Shown here piece after piece: positions 44,928-55,061 of a DNA stretch of 64,000 nucleotides. The translations under genes were made by a program, and so were the position numbers. Where the stretch lies: contig CAXWPL010000001.1 of assembly GCA_963666215.2 (NCBI GenBank), positions 160,001 to 224,000 on the forward strand. The letters run 5' to 3'. Within the stretch, counting starts at the first letter, position 1; every line of letters starts with the position of its first letter. The notes beneath the pieces were generated by a model. The model was not told the DNA's origin, did not search any database, and saw only the letters and a list, made by a program, of their open reading frames with translations. The DNA is from Acidobacteriota bacterium. Its GTDB lineage: Bacteria; Acidobacteriota; UBA890; WLXD01.

Positions 44928-47098
44928 GGCGTCCCCGACACGCGCACCCTGGAGGGGGACGGCGACACCGGAATCGGCCGGCCCTCGGAATTGCGCAGCA
45001 CCGACGACGCGAAGCGAATGTCGCTTTCTCCCGCGGCGATCGCCTCGAAGGTGAGCGTGGCGAGCGTGCCACTCGCAAGCACTCCGCCACCGTCCCCCAC
45101 GCGGCCGATGCCAATCGCCACACTCCCCTGCTGTCCGCCGACGGCCTGGAAGCTGGTTCGAGCTCCATCGCTACTGAGCACGGAGCCTTCCGTTGCCTCG
45201 ATAAAGCGCAACGCTACGGCGTTGTAGCTAATTCGCAGTCCGGCATTGTTGATCTCGGCCGATCCGGAGAGATTGATCTGCACGCTGAACCGCTGGCCAA
45301 CGGTGGCGGTCAGGATCGCCGGCGTGATCGAGATATCGACCGGGTCGACCGGGTCGACGCCACCTGCCCGGTCGCCCTGGTTGTTCTGGCCACGGCCGCG
45401 GCTGGAGCCCCGACCGCCACCAGTCGAGCCGCCGCCGACATTAGCCTCGGTGCCTACATAGACCGTTTCGAGATCCTCGGCCCTGATGTCCGCCATGCGA
45501 ATGATGTGCGGCGTGATCGCCAACACGATGTCGTTCTGGCTTACCTGCTTCTCGGTCGACGTGAAGATGTTTCGCAACAACGGAATGCTTGACAACACCG
45601 GAATACCGCGAAGCACCGTGCGCTCGTCGTCCCTCAGCAGCCCGGCGAGCAGGTTGGTCTCACCTTCGAGCAACCGCAGAGTCGTCTGCAGGCTTCGAGT
45701 CGAGAATATCGGCAACTGCTGCGGTCCGGTCTCACCGATTACCGACGAGACCTCGATCTCGAGCTGTAGGGTCACCTGATTGTTGTGATGCACTCTTGGC
45801 GTGGCACTGATCCGAATACCAACGTCGCGGTATTCGGTGGTCGAGATCGGAATCACATCGCCGCCCGAAGTGTTCTGCGGGTTGAACGTGGTCGACACCA
45901 CGGGACGTTGTTCGCCAACGAGCATCGACGACAGCTGGCCGTCGGAAGCCCGCAGTTGCGGGTTGGCGATGAGCTTGAAGTCGGTGTTCTCGCGCAGGAA
46001 CTGATACCGCAGTGACGGCACGGTGATGAACACGTCCTGTTGCGTGATGTTGCCGAGATCCTTCAGGGCAAGCCCGACATCGGTCTGGCTCACCGAAGCG
46101 ACCGTAGCAAAGCTCGACAGCGACAGCCCATACTGATCGAGCAGCGCGCGGTTGACTTCGAAGATCTCGACGTCCAAGAGTACCTCGCCGCGCGCTTTGT
46201 CGATCGAGCCGATGATGCGCTCGGCGAGCTCGACAACCTCCGGCGTGTCTCGAATAGTGACCACGTTGAGCTCGGGGTCCTCAGCGACCAGCCGCGCCTG
46301 CAAGATCGTCCGTAGCGTGTTGGCCACCACCTCCGCCTGCGCGTTCGACAGGTAGAATGTCCGCATCACCTGCGTTGTGTACTGTCGGCGTTTGTTTTGG
46401 TTGTCGGGCGCGATCAGAATCGTGTTCGACGACATGACCCGGTAGAAGTGGCCATACGTCAAGGTGATAATCGCGAGGGCCTGCTCGAAGGGGGTGTTTT
46501 CCAGGAAAAAGGAAGTCTCCTCGTTGTCAACATCAGGATCGAACAGCACATTGATACCGGCGAGCCGACCCATCGCGCGGTAGATCTCCTTGAGAGTCGC
46601 GCGCCGGTAATCGAATGTCATCGCACCGGTAGTTCGCGGCTCCAGCATCGGAGTAGGCGACGCGGCCGTGCGTGCGCTCTCGACCGCGTCCTCCAGAGAG
46701 GTGCGGCGTGAGCGTCGGTCGCGTTCTACATCTTCGAGCTCTTCACTGACGTTGCGCAGATCGATCGCCGCGGCCTCATTGGTGGGGTCGAGCCGTACCG
46801 AGAGCTCGAGCTCGAGTTGGGCGCGCTTCAGATCGCCCACACGATGCTGCTTGAGCCCCTCCTGCCGATGGAACAACGCCGCGTTCGTGCGCGCCATCAC
46901 GAGCTTGGATCGGGCCTCTTGATTGTCGGGGTTCTCGTTGAGCACTTCCTGGTATTGGGCGATCGCGGCATCCCAATCACCTTGCCGACTGAGAGCGTCA
47001 CCGCGACGTAGCATCTTGCCGGATGCACAACCGCTCATCGCGATCGCGGCGGCAAGCAGCAGCGTCGCCGAGAGGATCGAAGGCTGTTTCTGACTCAT
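44924..47098 (-). CDS. gspD: Secretin (GspD-like) with lipoprotein signal, TPR N-terminus and cohesin-like C-terminus
   Basis: AMSG|C lipobox, TPR helices, RTFYLSNA, ANPQLRA, YRDVGI, GETNLLAGL, ITPHIIR, and a beta-rich cohesin-like tail. Confidence 0.88.
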   Translation of the reverse strand: MSQKQPSILSATLLLAAAIAMSGCASGKMLRRGDALSRQGDWDAAIAQYQEVLNENPDNQEARSKLVMARTNAALFHRQEGLKQHRVGDLKRAQLELELSVRLDPTNEAAAIDLRNVSEELEDVERDRRSRRTSLEDAVESARTAASPTPMLEPRTTGAMTFDYRRATLKEIYRAMGRLAGINVLFDPDVDNEETSFFLENTPFEQALAIITLTYGHFYRVMSSNTILIAPDNQNKRRQYTTQVMRTFYLSNAQAEVVANTLRTILQARLVAEDPELNVVTIRDTPEVVELAERIIGSIDKARGEVLLDVEIFEVNRALLDQYGLSLSSFATVASVSQTDVGLALKDLGNITQQDVFITVPSLRYQFLRENTDFKLIANPQLRASDGQLSSMLVGEQRPVVSTTFNPQNTSGGDVIPISTTEYRDVGIRISATPRVHHNNQVTLQLEIEVSSVIGETGPQQLPIFSTRSLQTTLRLLEGETNLLAGLLRDDERTVLRGIPVLSSIPLLRNIFTSTEKQVSQNDIVLAITPHIIRMADIRAEDLETVYVGTEANVGGGSTGGGRGSSRGRGQNNQGDRAGGVDPVDPVDISITPAILTATVGQRFSVQINLSGSAEINNAGLRISYNAVALRFIEATEGSVLSSDGARTSFQAVGGQQGSVAIGIGRVGDGGGVLASGTLATLTFEAIAAGESDIRFASSVLRNSEGRPIPVSPSPSRVRVSGTP

Positions 47099-48357
47099 TG
47101 GCTTTTTCTCTTCTTGTTGGCCTTCTCGGTATTCCCTCGAGTACGAGCCTCGTCGAACGTATTGCCGGTCTGTTCTTTTTCTTCCTTGCGCAGCGAGAGG
47201 CGCGTTCGTAGCCCGCCAGCCTCGAGCACAGCGTGGATCATGCCCACTTCGGTCACGCGATAGCCGTCGGGCAACAGATCGCCGGCGGTTACCACGTGGA
47301 CCTGCGTCTCATCCACCAACGTCGCGTAGAACAAGCCATCGGTGCGCACCACTCCGACCAGCGTGTGCGGCATCACCGGGCTGGGCGCACTGTCGCCGCG
47401 ACGGCGGTCGTCGCGAGCACGGGATTCGCGCTCGGCTTCGGCCGCGCGTTGCCGCTGCGCCTGGGCAATGACCGTGGCGCCAAAAGCGAACAGATTGCGG
47501 TTCGACGCGAGTACTTCACTGGCCCCCGCCAACGTGTCGAGCCGATCGAGATCGAGATCGAAGATGCCGGCCTCGACGGGAATCGTCGGCAGCTCCGCCA
47601 GCTCGTCGCGCAATCGTTGTGCGGTGGCCAGCGCACTCGCCGCGTCAACCGGGTTATCGCCTCCGCCGTCGCCGAGCGCGGCCGGGGTTGAGCCGTTGAC
47701 GGTGCTGGGGCCGGCGAGCTCGTCGTTGACCTCGGCGCTGGTGTCGATGACGACCGGATCTTCTGGTAGCTCACCGGCGCGAGCGTAAGCCGGGTCGATG
47801 AAAGCGGTCAGGCTGAGCTGCAGCTGCAAGATACCAGCGGCCTGCCCCTGAGGCGGGGTCGACAAGGCGACACGTTCGACAAGCATGAAGCTCGGGCCGG
47901 TGAGCAGATCGTGCAGCACTCGTCGGATGGACGAGTACGAGCCTCGTACCGGCGCGTCGATCTGCAGCTGCACCAGCGCCAACTCGTTCGCCGGCTGCGG
48001 CTGATAGCCAATCCGGTCGTTCTCGAGCCCGGCCGCGTCGATCGCCGAACGCAACGTCGAGACGACGTCGGCCGTGGTGCCTGAAGCGCGACCCACCCGG
48101 TCGCGCAACTGCTCCAACTCCGCCTCCGCACCCAGAATTCGACCGTACGAAAGCCGCGCACGCTGCAGCGCCGGATCTACCGTCGCTCGCGCTCGCTGCA
48201 CGTCCTGCGCTGCCGCTGACGTCACCGAAGCGGCCGCCCAACGCGGCCGCGTCCAGCCGAAATAACCAACGACATTGGCCGCGACAAGCGCCACCACGAG
48301 AACAATCGGTAGGCGGATCGCGCGCCAGGCGCCCCCGAGCCGAAGGTCGAAGCTCAC
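47095..48357 (-). CDS. PilO/GspM-like protein with extra C-terminal PilP/GspC-like domain
   Basis: N-terminal TM, PVRGSYSSIRR..L, RNLFAF, LVGVV....AGDLL. Confidence 0.6.
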   Translation of the reverse strand: MSFDLRLGGAWRAIRLPIVLVVALVAANVVGYFGWTRPRWAAASVTSAAAQDVQRARATVDPALQRARLSYGRILGAEAELEQLRDRVGRASGTTADVVSTLRSAIDAAGLENDRIGYQPQPANELALVQLQIDAPVRGSYSSIRRVLHDLLTGPSFMLVERVALSTPPQGQAAGILQLQLSLTAFIDPAYARAGELPEDPVVIDTSAEVNDELAGPSTVNGSTPAALGDGGGDNPVDAASALATAQRLRDELAELPTIPVEAGIFDLDLDRLDTLAGASEVLASNRNLFAFGATVIAQAQRQRAAEAERESRARDDRRRGDSAPSPVMPHTLVGVVRTDGLFYATLVDETQVHVVTAGDLLPDGYRVTEVGMIHAVLEAGGLRTRLSLRKEEKEQTGNTFDEARTRGNTEKANKKRKSQ

Positions 48358-48953
48358 CGCGAGCCCCCCGATCCACCGCCCGCCGTGTTTTGACTCAACA
48401 AGTAGCGCGCGCCAAGGGTCATGCGGTATAGCCCGTCCGGGCCACGTTCCTCTCGCGTCGGGTAGATCTCCGTGAAGGCGGGCTCGGCTTCCAAAGAAAG
48501 TAGTAGATCCTGCAGACGCGCTGGATCGTCAGCGGCCGCCACCATCGACACGCGCACGTCGCCACCTCCCTCGACCGCCGGCTGTACTAGCTCGAGCCGC
48601 ACGCGATCGGGCAGCAGGCCCTCGAGGTCGTTGAAGATGTCGTCCCAAGGAATGGCTCGCCAGGAAATAACCGCGTTGCCGATTTCCACTGCGGCCGCCG
48701 CGGCGCGCCCTCGGCTCACGTCAGCCACTTGTTTGAGGTCCTCGACCTCGGCCTGCCAAGCATCCACCTCGGTAGACCTGATGGTCATCGCCCTGCCGTC
48801 TGTTGGCTGAGACGGCCACGAGAGCCAAGCCACAAGCAGGCCGTGCATCAACGTCACAGCGGCCGCGGTTGCCGCGACACCGCGCAGCCAGCGCCGTACG
48901 CGTCGCACGTTCTCGACCGGCGCGGTGGCGAGATTCACCGGCAAGTGCTTCAT
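48354..48953 (-). CDS. PilN-like protein
   Basis: VNLATAP motif, TM, PW..IFNDLEGLLPDRVRL. Confidence 0.7.
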   Translation of the reverse strand: MKHLPVNLATAPVENVRRVRRWLRGVAATAAAVTLMHGLLVAWLSWPSQPTDGRAMTIRSTEVDAWQAEVEDLKQVADVSRGRAAAAAVEIGNAVISWRAIPWDDIFNDLEGLLPDRVRLELVQPAVEGGGDVRVSMVAAADDPARLQDLLLSLEAEPAFTEIYPTREERGPDGLYRMTLGARYLLSQNTAGGGSGGSR

Positions 48954-49020
48954 CGGTCGTTGCTCCCCGAGCCTGTGTGCCCGGGGCGGCTCTGCAGCAG
49001 CCGCAAGCTCATATTCGTCG

Positions 49021-49989
49021 TCATCCGCGAAGGGCCCCCAGCAGAGCGTCGGTGTGGTCGAACCTCCGAGCAGACCAACCAAGTCCATCGCAACACTCGA
49101 TGGCCGCGGCACTCCAATCGTCGCTGCCGCACACCCACACGTCGTCCACACTCATCTCGAGCCGCTCAGCGATGAACCGCTGCAAGGAAGGCAACTCCTG
49201 TCCAAGCCGAGCTGCCGGCACGCGAGCCCTCCAGGAACGATGAAAGCGCGGCACATCGTCCGCCTCCACCATGCAGGCGAGGGAGCCGTCGGCGTCACAG
49301 AGAATGAGTCGTCTTGTCGAAGAGCCTGCCGATTCCCTCGGCAGCCCATTCATACCGTCGCGGCCACCTCCTGATCGGGCGCCGCTCGAGGCGTGCGACA
49401 CCGCCGCCGAGGCTGCCAGCGTCCATGGAACGACGCGCCCGACGGTCCAGCCAACCTCACCCAACAGGCCTTCGTACTCGTCGATAAGCGCCGCTTGTGA
49501 GCCAATCGAAAGCAGCCAGTCGGTTGGCGCCGGATCTGCGATTGCAGCGCCGTCGGTGGCCGCGTCGGCAAGAGGCTGGCCAGACAACACGGCCCAATCC
49601 ACCCGGGCATCACCCTCGTCCAGCGGCAACAGATCGCGAAGCACCCATCGCGCCATCACCTCGCCCTCGCGATGGTTCGGCACCCCACCCTCGAGCGGCG
49701 CAGACGCCACCTTGGCCGTGGCGTCGGAGAGAACGAGCGCGACGAGCTCCGGATGCTTGGCAAATCCGCGGTCGCGCGCGGTCGCCACCATCTGCCGGAA
49801 CGCCGGTAGAACAACAGCGCGATCGGCGATGTTGGGGCTCTTGAGCCCTGGTCGCAAGGCTCCTTCAGGGAGCTCCACGTCGGCGATGTGCGTCACCTTC
49901 AACGTGCCGTTCCCCTGCGCCACGACCAGGCGCAACCGATCGGCTCCCACAGCCACCGCAACGCGCTCGCGTCGCCCGAACCAACTCAT
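49021..49989 (-). CDS. PilM/GspL-like cytoplasmic protein
   Basis: ELPEGALRPGL..PNI, IDEYE.L....G. Lies between the ATPase and PilN-like genes. Confidence 0.65.
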   Translation of the reverse strand: MSWFGRRERVAVAVGADRLRLVVAQGNGTLKVTHIADVELPEGALRPGLKSPNIADRAVVLPAFRQMVATARDRGFAKHPELVALVLSDATAKVASAPLEGGVPNHREGEVMARWVLRDLLPLDEGDARVDWAVLSGQPLADAATDGAAIADPAPTDWLLSIGSQAALIDEYEGLLGEVGWTVGRVVPWTLAASAAVSHASSGARSGGGRDGMNGLPRESAGSSTRRLILCDADGSLACMVEADDVPRFHRSWRARVPAARLGQELPSLQRFIAERLEMSVDDVWVCGSDDWSAAAIECCDGLGWSARRFDHTDALLGALRG

Positions 49990-50025
49990 CGGAGAAGTCT
50001 CCCTCTACTGATCACAGGCGCCCGG

Positions 50026-51693
50026 CTAGTCAACAAACGTCACCTTGTTGATCTCACGCAGCGTTGTCACCCCAGCGCGGACCTTGTCGAGCGCCGAGTC
50101 GCGCAGGAACGTCATCCCCTCGAGCGCCGCTTGCCTCTTGATCTCGGAGGCCGGCCGCGACTCGAGGATCATCTCGCGCACGGCGTCCGACAAATCAAGA
50201 AGCTCGGCAATGACGGTGCGCCCGTGGAACCCGGTGCCACGGCAATCGCCGCAGCCGGTGCCCTCGAACAGAACCACCCCCTCCAAGTCTTCTGGACCCA
50301 ACCCGGATTCCTCGAGCAGCTCCGGAGTCGGTTTCACCTCGACCCGACAGCGCGGGCAAATTCTTCGAACCAACCGTTGCGCTAGGACGCAGTTGAGCGC
50401 TGAGACGAACTGGTAGGCCTCGACCTGCATGTTGAGCAAACGACCGATGACATCGACAACGTTGTTAGCGTGCACCGTGGTGAAGACAAGGTGCCCCGTC
50501 AGCGCCGATTGGACGGCGATATTGGCCGTCTCGGGGTCGCGGATCTCGCCGACCATGATGATGTCGGGATCGTGTCGCAGCACCGACCTCAGCCCGCGAG
50601 CAAAGGTGAGGCCCTTCTTTTCGTTGACAGGAATCTGTGTGATTCCTGGCAGCTGATACTCCACGGGATCCTCGATCGTGATGATCTTCTCTTCCTCGCT
50701 GCGAATCTCCGACAGGCAGGCGTAGAGCGTGGTTGTTTTGCCTGAGCCGGTCGGACCGGTAACCAGGAACATGCCGTAGGGCTCGCGGCTGTACTTGCGG
50801 GCATTGCGCAGCTGACTCTCTGTAAACCCCAAGCTGTCGAGCCGGAGCTCCGTGAATTCCTCCGACAGGTACCCCTTGTCGAGAATACGAATCACCGCAT
50901 CCTCACCGTGGATCGACGGCATGATCGAAACGCGGAAGTCGACCCGCCGGCCCTGCAGGTTGAGCTTGAAGCGACCGTCCTGTGGGACCCGCTTCTCGGC
51001 GATGTCGAGATCGCTCATCACCTTGATGCGCGAGATGATCGCGTCGTGATGGCGGAGCTCGATCGGGTCGAGTGCCTGATACAGAACGCCGTCGACGCGG
51101 TACTTGATCCACACCGAGTGATCGCGCGTCTCGATATGAATATCTGAGGCACGACGCTGCAACGCATTCAGCAGTGCCGAGTCGACGAGCCTGATAATCG
51201 GGTGACTCGCGTCGGTCGCGAGGCTGGCGAGCGTCAGACCCTCATCGTCCTCGGCATCGGCTTGCGTGCGCGCATCGGGCTCGAAGCGCTGCGTTACGGA
51301 GGCCAGAATACGCTCGCCTGCTCCCGCCCGTCTCAGCGCCCGCTCGACCGCGTTGGGAGCCGCCGCATTGACTTGAATAGGCGCGTCGAGCAGTCCCTCC
51401 AGCGCGTCGACGGCGCCCATATCCGCAGGGTCGGCAAGCGCCACCACGAGGGTCGCCGACTCGTCGTCACGGCGCGAAAGAGGAATGAAGGTGTGTCGAA
51501 CCATGAGCTCGATCGGTACTTGATCGAGGAGCGCGCTGTCGAGGATCACGTCGTCGAGATCGACGAAGGGGACGCCGAGCTCGAGCGCGCGGCGACGGGC
51601 AAGAGCGTCGAGCGCGGAGCCGCCACGAACCGAAGTGCCTCCGGAGAGCAACTCGCCCGACTCAACCGCATTGTCGACTCCGCTCGCGCTCAT
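50026..51693 (-). CDS. gspE: GspE/PulE-family secretion ATPase
   Basis: RASDIHIE, PQDGRF, GPTGSGKTTTLY, TIEDPVEY, LRHDPD, tetracysteine motif. Confidence 0.93.
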   Translation of the reverse strand: MSASGVDNAVESGELLSGGTSVRGGSALDALARRRALELGVPFVDLDDVILDSALLDQVPIELMVRHTFIPLSRRDDESATLVVALADPADMGAVDALEGLLDAPIQVNAAAPNAVERALRRAGAGERILASVTQRFEPDARTQADAEDDEGLTLASLATDASHPIIRLVDSALLNALQRRASDIHIETRDHSVWIKYRVDGVLYQALDPIELRHHDAIISRIKVMSDLDIAEKRVPQDGRFKLNLQGRRVDFRVSIMPSIHGEDAVIRILDKGYLSEEFTELRLDSLGFTESQLRNARKYSREPYGMFLVTGPTGSGKTTTLYACLSEIRSEEEKIITIEDPVEYQLPGITQIPVNEKKGLTFARGLRSVLRHDPDIIMVGEIRDPETANIAVQSALTGHLVFTTVHANNVVDVIGRLLNMQVEAYQFVSALNCVLAQRLVRRICPRCRVEVKPTPELLEESGLGPEDLEGVVLFEGTGCGDCRGTGFHGRTVIAELLDLSDAVREMILESRPASEIKRQAALEGMTFLRDSALDKVRAGVTTLREINKVTFVD

Positions 51694-52982
51694 CCCACCA
51701 CCTGTACGATTCGGAACAAGGGCAAGTACAACGACAGCAGGATACTCGCCACGATCAACCCCATGATGACCAGCATTGCGGGCTGGATCAGGCCGACCAT
51801 GGTCGTGACCTGGCGCTGCAGCACCTCGTCGTAGGTCTTGGCCACGTGCTCGAGCATCGTTTCGAGCGAGCCGCTCGATTCACCTACCTGAACCATCTCG
51901 AGGCCGAGCGGCTCGAGCAGGCCTTGTGTCTCGAAGGCGAGATGCAAGCTCGAGCCTTCGGTGACGCGCTCGGCCACGTTCTGAATGCGACGACGATAGG
52001 CTCGGTTCGCGGTTCCCTCGGCGGTAACCCGCAGGGCGCGCACCAGCGGGGCACCGCCGCGGAGCAGGGTCGACAGCGTGCGCGCCGTCTCGAGCCCCAG
52101 ATAACGCAGGCGAAGGTGGCCGAGCCCGGGGACCCGGAGCTTGGCCGCGTCGAGGATGTCACGACCCGCGTCGGTTCGAGCCCAGCGACTGAAGAGCGTG
52201 CCACCTCCCACGGCTGCTGCGAGCAGCAGCAGCCCGTACGCGCTCAAGAAGTGAGAAAAGCCCACCAGCATCCGAGTCGTCAACGGCAGCTCGGCATCCG
52301 AGGCAGAGTAGAAATTTGCGAATCGCGGGATCACGAAGATGATCAGGATCATGACGACGATCGCCGAGATGACCAGCAGCACGAGCGGATAGATCATCGC
52401 GGCGGTTACCTGCAGGCTCAAGGCCCGCGAGCGCTCCAGGTGTTCGGTGTACCGCCGGATCGGTGTAACCACATCGCCGCTGGCCTCTCCGACCTCGAGC
52501 GATGTCACGAACAACTCGGGCAACCCGACACGCTCGATCTCTGGACGGAAGGCTCCGGAGAGGCTTTCCCCGGTTGCCACCCCGGCGCGCACCCGGTCGA
52601 GCATGCTGCCGACCACGCTGCCTGAGCGGCGCGTCCTCAGGATGTCGATGCAGCGGAGCAACGGTAGGCCTGCGCCAATCAGCGCGGCGAGCTCTTGGTT
52701 GAGAAGCAACAGGTCAGATGTCGCCACGCGAGCGCGGCGCTCGAACCAGCCCCGCTGTTCTTGCGCTCCGGAATGGCTATCTCTCCCGCCGCGCGGCTTG
52801 GTCAGCGCGTGCCAAATACGCCGCCCGAGCGCAAAGCTGCCGGAGGCATGCTCTTCGACCTCGAAAACCTGAAGGCCCTCGTTCTCGAGAAGCTCGCGCG
52901 CCGCATTCGGCGATGCCGCCGACACCAACCGCGCGGCCAGCGCGCCCTGCGTCGTTCCGACGCGACAGCGAAAATCGCCCAT
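51690..52982 (-). CDS. gspF: GspF/PilC-family platform protein
   Basis: NQELAALIGAGLPL, GEASG, MIYP, GESSGSL, LYLPLF. Confidence 0.92.
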   Translation of the reverse strand: MGDFRCRVGTTQGALAARLVSAASPNAARELLENEGLQVFEVEEHASGSFALGRRIWHALTKPRGGRDSHSGAQEQRGWFERRARVATSDLLLLNQELAALIGAGLPLLRCIDILRTRRSGSVVGSMLDRVRAGVATGESLSGAFRPEIERVGLPELFVTSLEVGEASGDVVTPIRRYTEHLERSRALSLQVTAAMIYPLVLLVISAIVVMILIIFVIPRFANFYSASDAELPLTTRMLVGFSHFLSAYGLLLLAAAVGGGTLFSRWARTDAGRDILDAAKLRVPGLGHLRLRYLGLETARTLSTLLRGGAPLVRALRVTAEGTANRAYRRRIQNVAERVTEGSSLHLAFETQGLLEPLGLEMVQVGESSGSLETMLEHVAKTYDEVLQRQVTTMVGLIQPAMLVIMGLIVASILLSLYLPLFRIVQVVG

Positions 52983-52999
52983 TGCAGTCGGCGCGCCCG

Positions 53000-54064
53000 C
53001 TAGCGCTGTGCCGTGGCGGCAGGATCGCCGTCCGCCGCGGGCAACAACCGGAGCGCCACAACCAAAGAAGTCACCTGCTCGCCAATGTCCGGGAAGCCGA
53101 TCACGAAGATCTTGCCAGCTTCCAGTCGCAGACTCCCGCCCTGTGACTGACCGGCACCGATGAGCGTCACATCGTTCAGCGAGCCGTCGGAAGCAACGCT
53201 GAAGCGCAACACGTAGCCGGGCGCGAGCTCGGCCTCAATCGGTTCCGACAGCTCGGTCAAGGCACCAGCCTCGCCCTGCCAGCGACCGAGGAGGGCGTAG
53301 TCGACGAACGGCAATGTGCCGCGCAGGCGAGCGCGGACGTCGGCAATGGCAGAGCCGCCACCGGCTCCAAGGAAAGTCTCCCCAACGAGGGCGTCAGCCG
53401 GCGCAGATCCCGTGTAGCCGCGCAGCAGCCTGACGTCCAGACGACGGCTTGCCAACGATGGCGGACTGTCGGCTAGGTCGCCGCGCCGTTCGATGGGCGC
53501 CGATTCGGCCACTATGCGGACATCGGACGGCGAACGGTCACCGTCCAGACCAACCGACCCGCCGGCTCCGGCGGCGTCATCGGCGCGACGTTCTGCCTCC
53601 GGTAAAAGCAACACCAACTGATCGGGATCGTTGTCCTCCGACGTGAGCAACGGCTCAACCTCGCCCCGCTCGGCGGCTTCGGACGCGCTGGGACCCGTGC
53701 CGCCCGTCGCTGCGCGACTGTCAGGCTGGGCGCCCGCGGCGAGCGATGAGCCGCTCGGCACTGCCGGCGTGGTGGGGTCGTCAAGCAAACCCGAGAGCAC
53801 GAGCCCGGCGCCGATGAGCACTACAGCCAGCGCCCCGGCGGCAAACGCGTATCGAGTGTGCGTGAAGACCGGCGTGCGTCCGCGGCCGAACGGCCACCAG
53901 GTGGCGCGATCGTCAACCGGCGGCTGCAGCTCCCTGGCCAAACGCTGCCAAGCTCGACGGCTGTCGAGCTCAGCGGTCGACCGCCCCGCAAGGTTGCGAA
54001 AGACATCTTCCGGGCCCGAATCGCCGTTCTGGTCGCTGTGAAATCCGTTGGGACCTTCGCTCAT
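53000..54064 (-). CDS. Single-pass membrane protein, anti-sigma-like
   Basis: GGAGG RBS, short cytoplasmic AWQRLAREL helix, one TM, low-complexity linker, C-terminal globular domain. Confidence 0.55.
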   Translation of the reverse strand: MSEGPNGFHSDQNGDSGPEDVFRNLAGRSTAELDSRRAWQRLARELQPPVDDRATWWPFGRGRTPVFTHTRYAFAAGALAVVLIGAGLVLSGLLDDPTTPAVPSGSSLAAGAQPDSRAATGGTGPSASEAAERGEVEPLLTSEDNDPDQLVLLLPEAERRADDAAGAGGSVGLDGDRSPSDVRIVAESAPIERRGDLADSPPSLASRRLDVRLLRGYTGSAPADALVGETFLGAGGGSAIADVRARLRGTLPFVDYALLGRWQGEAGALTELSEPIEAELAPGYVLRFSVASDGSLNDVTLIGAGQSQGGSLRLEAGKIFVIGFPDIGEQVTSLVVALRLLPAADGDPAATAQR

Positions 54065-54276
54065 GACTCCTCCTGGATCTTTCATACGGAGCCGACGCTG
54101 CGAACGTCCAACGCCGTTCCACTGACGACCCGTCGGGGCGAGCGCGCTACCCGTCGATTCGAACGCCACTCGGCTCGATGGGCGTACAGCCGACGGCCCG
54201 CCGTGCAAACGAAGTAGGAACCTGCAGAGTCGGGTAACCTCGTGCGAGAAGGATTCCGCGCTCAGGAGAAGAAACC

Positions 54277-55029
54277 ATGACAGCCGAACGCGCCGCAGGC
54301 ACCACCGGAGCTGCCGGCGCGGATGGCGGCGAGTTGGCCGACGCGACCCTCGGAGCCAACCCGTCGCCCGAACGATCACGGATGAGGTTGCTAGGGAGCC
54401 GCAGGGGTGTGGGATTAGCGGCGGTCGCGGCGCTTCTGCTGCTCTTGACCGCACCGAGCTGCCTGGGAGCGATCGGCCACTGGCTCGTGGTGTCGGACGA
54501 GCTGGCGCCCGCTGAGGCGATTTTTGTTCACGCCGGCCGAGTGCCGTTTCGTGCCATCGAGGCGGCGCGCATCTACAACGACGGCTTCGCCCCGGAAGTC
54601 TGGCTGGCGGACATCGCGCCAACGATGGAATCGGCGGCGCTGGCTCGACTGGGTATCGAGCGCCACGAGTCCTGGTTCTACAACAAAAAGGTTCTCGAGG
54701 CGATGGGGGTGCCCTCGGAGGCGATCCGTCGGCTCGACCAGCCGGTGCTCAACACCTACGACGAGATTCAGTCGGTTGTCGGCGAGTTGCAACGCTTGGG
54801 CGCCCGCCGGGTCATTCTCGTGACCTCGATGCAACACACGCGGCGAGTACGGGCGGTCTGGCGAGCCCTGGCCGACGATCAGGTGTCGGCCATCGTCCGC
54901 CCCACGCGACGCGACTCCTTCGACCCCGACGGATGGTGGCGCAACACCACCGATATCAAAGCGGTCTTCGTGGAGCTTGTTGGCCTGGTCAACGTAGGGT
55001 TGGGGTTCCCCTTGCGCCCTGAGCAGTAA
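54277..55029 (+). CDS. YdcF/ElyC-like (DUF218) envelope protein
   Basis: GHWLVVSD, AIFV.AG, NTYDE, ILVTS..HTRR. Confidence 0.82.
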   Translation: MTAERAAGTTGAAGADGGELADATLGANPSPERSRMRLLGSRRGVGLAAVAALLLLLTAPSCLGAIGHWLVVSDELAPAEAIFVHAGRVPFRAIEAARIYNDGFAPEVWLADIAPTMESAALARLGIERHESWFYNKKVLEAMGVPSEAIRRLDQPVLNTYDEIQSVVGELQRLGARRVILVTSMQHTRRVRAVWRALADDQVSAIVRPTRRDSFDPDGWWRNTTDIKAVFVELVGLVNVGLGFPLRPEQ

Positions 55030-55061
55030 AGTGGCCCCGGCCCGGCGCATCGAAATCCGTC

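Noticed and set aside
53000-54622. 540-aa version of the anti-sigma-like ORF, and similar long N-terminal extensions of tyrS, purF, M16, pilR and pilW
   Set aside because: The extensions overlap neighbouring genes and lack conserved sequence; downstream starts fit better.
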